Positions 63,907 to 64,000 of a stretch of DNA of 64,000 bases are shown piece after piece. The stretch comes from Desulfurococcales archaeon (GTDB taxonomy: Archaea; Thermoproteota; Thermoprotei_A; Sulfolobales; NBVN01), in NCBI GenBank assembly GCA_023255955.1, contig JAGDWD010000005.1, positions 14,384 to 78,383 on the forward strand. Direction: 5' to 3'. The notes under the pieces are model-generated. The model saw only the letters and a list, made by a program, of their open reading frames with translations, made no database searches and had not been told where the DNA came from. Made by a program: the position numbers and the translations under genes. Within the stretch, counting starts at the first letter, position 1; each line of letters starts with the position of its first letter.

Positions 63907-64000
63907 TTATGCCACGATTCCTCTCTTACTCAGGAAGCTGTAGGTAGCATTAATCACATCCTCTTCCTTACCTACAAGTAGATAACCTCCACCTTCTATG
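63907..64000 (-). CDS. C-terminal 31 codons of an unidentified gene entering from the right window edge
   Basis: The minus-strand frame is open from the edge: ...IEGGGYLLVGKEEDVINATYSFLSKRGIVA*, with stop TAA at 63907-63909. It is not in the ORF track because it is truncated. Confidence 0.3.
   Translation of the reverse strand, partial: IEGGGYLLVGKEEDVINATYSFLSKRGIVA

Noticed and set aside
1-64000. Mobile elements, prophage, CRISPR-Cas or classical defence/toxin-antitoxin systems
   Set aside because: I recognised no transposase, integrase, Cas, restriction-modification or TA-like ORFs, no long inverted or direct terminal repeats, and no tRNA gene that could serve as an integration site. The accessory-looking content is metabolic and transport-related instead.

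Overview
The window is a gene-dense (about 90% coding) archaeal chromosomal segment, with no rRNA, tRNA, CRISPR array or transposase/integrase detected. Archaeal origin is supported by TFB, Gar1, the archaeal HMG-CoA synthase/thiolase/DUF35 operon, C/D-box sRNA architectures, and TATA boxes about 25 nt upstream of start codons. The roughly 50% GC content and the Thr/Pro-rich membrane-anchored solute-binding proteins suggest a hyperthermophilic crenarchaeon (Desulfurococcales/Thermoproteales-like); that placement is inference only. Content includes mevalonate-pathway entry enzymes, UPP synthase, PurB, four ABC importers (three Opp/Dpp-type, one Liv-type), MFS/TctA/MscS transporters, a stalked S8 protease and several peptidases. 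The most interesting region is 29.4-45.8 kb. It encodes a secreted GH18-like/MurNAc-L-Ala-amidase/GHL10 protein, a complete Opp-type importer, GH42/35-like, SIS, ROK and Eis-like GNAT genes, and a divergent DUF1343 (NamZ-like) gene. I read this as a candidate murein or GlcNAc-polymer scavenging locus in an organism that has no peptidoglycan. Two of its promoters share an AGTTACGTAAC palindrome. Other notable items:
- a thiolase + OB(DUF35)-FabG fusion + atypical KASIII cluster (53.8-58.8 kb)
- three C/D-box sRNA candidates that share one box architecture
- an unexplained helix-rich ORF-free segment (8.78-9.0 kb)
- a split ABC system
- a doubly frameshifted pseudogene

All protein family calls come from motif recognition by eye; no searches were run.
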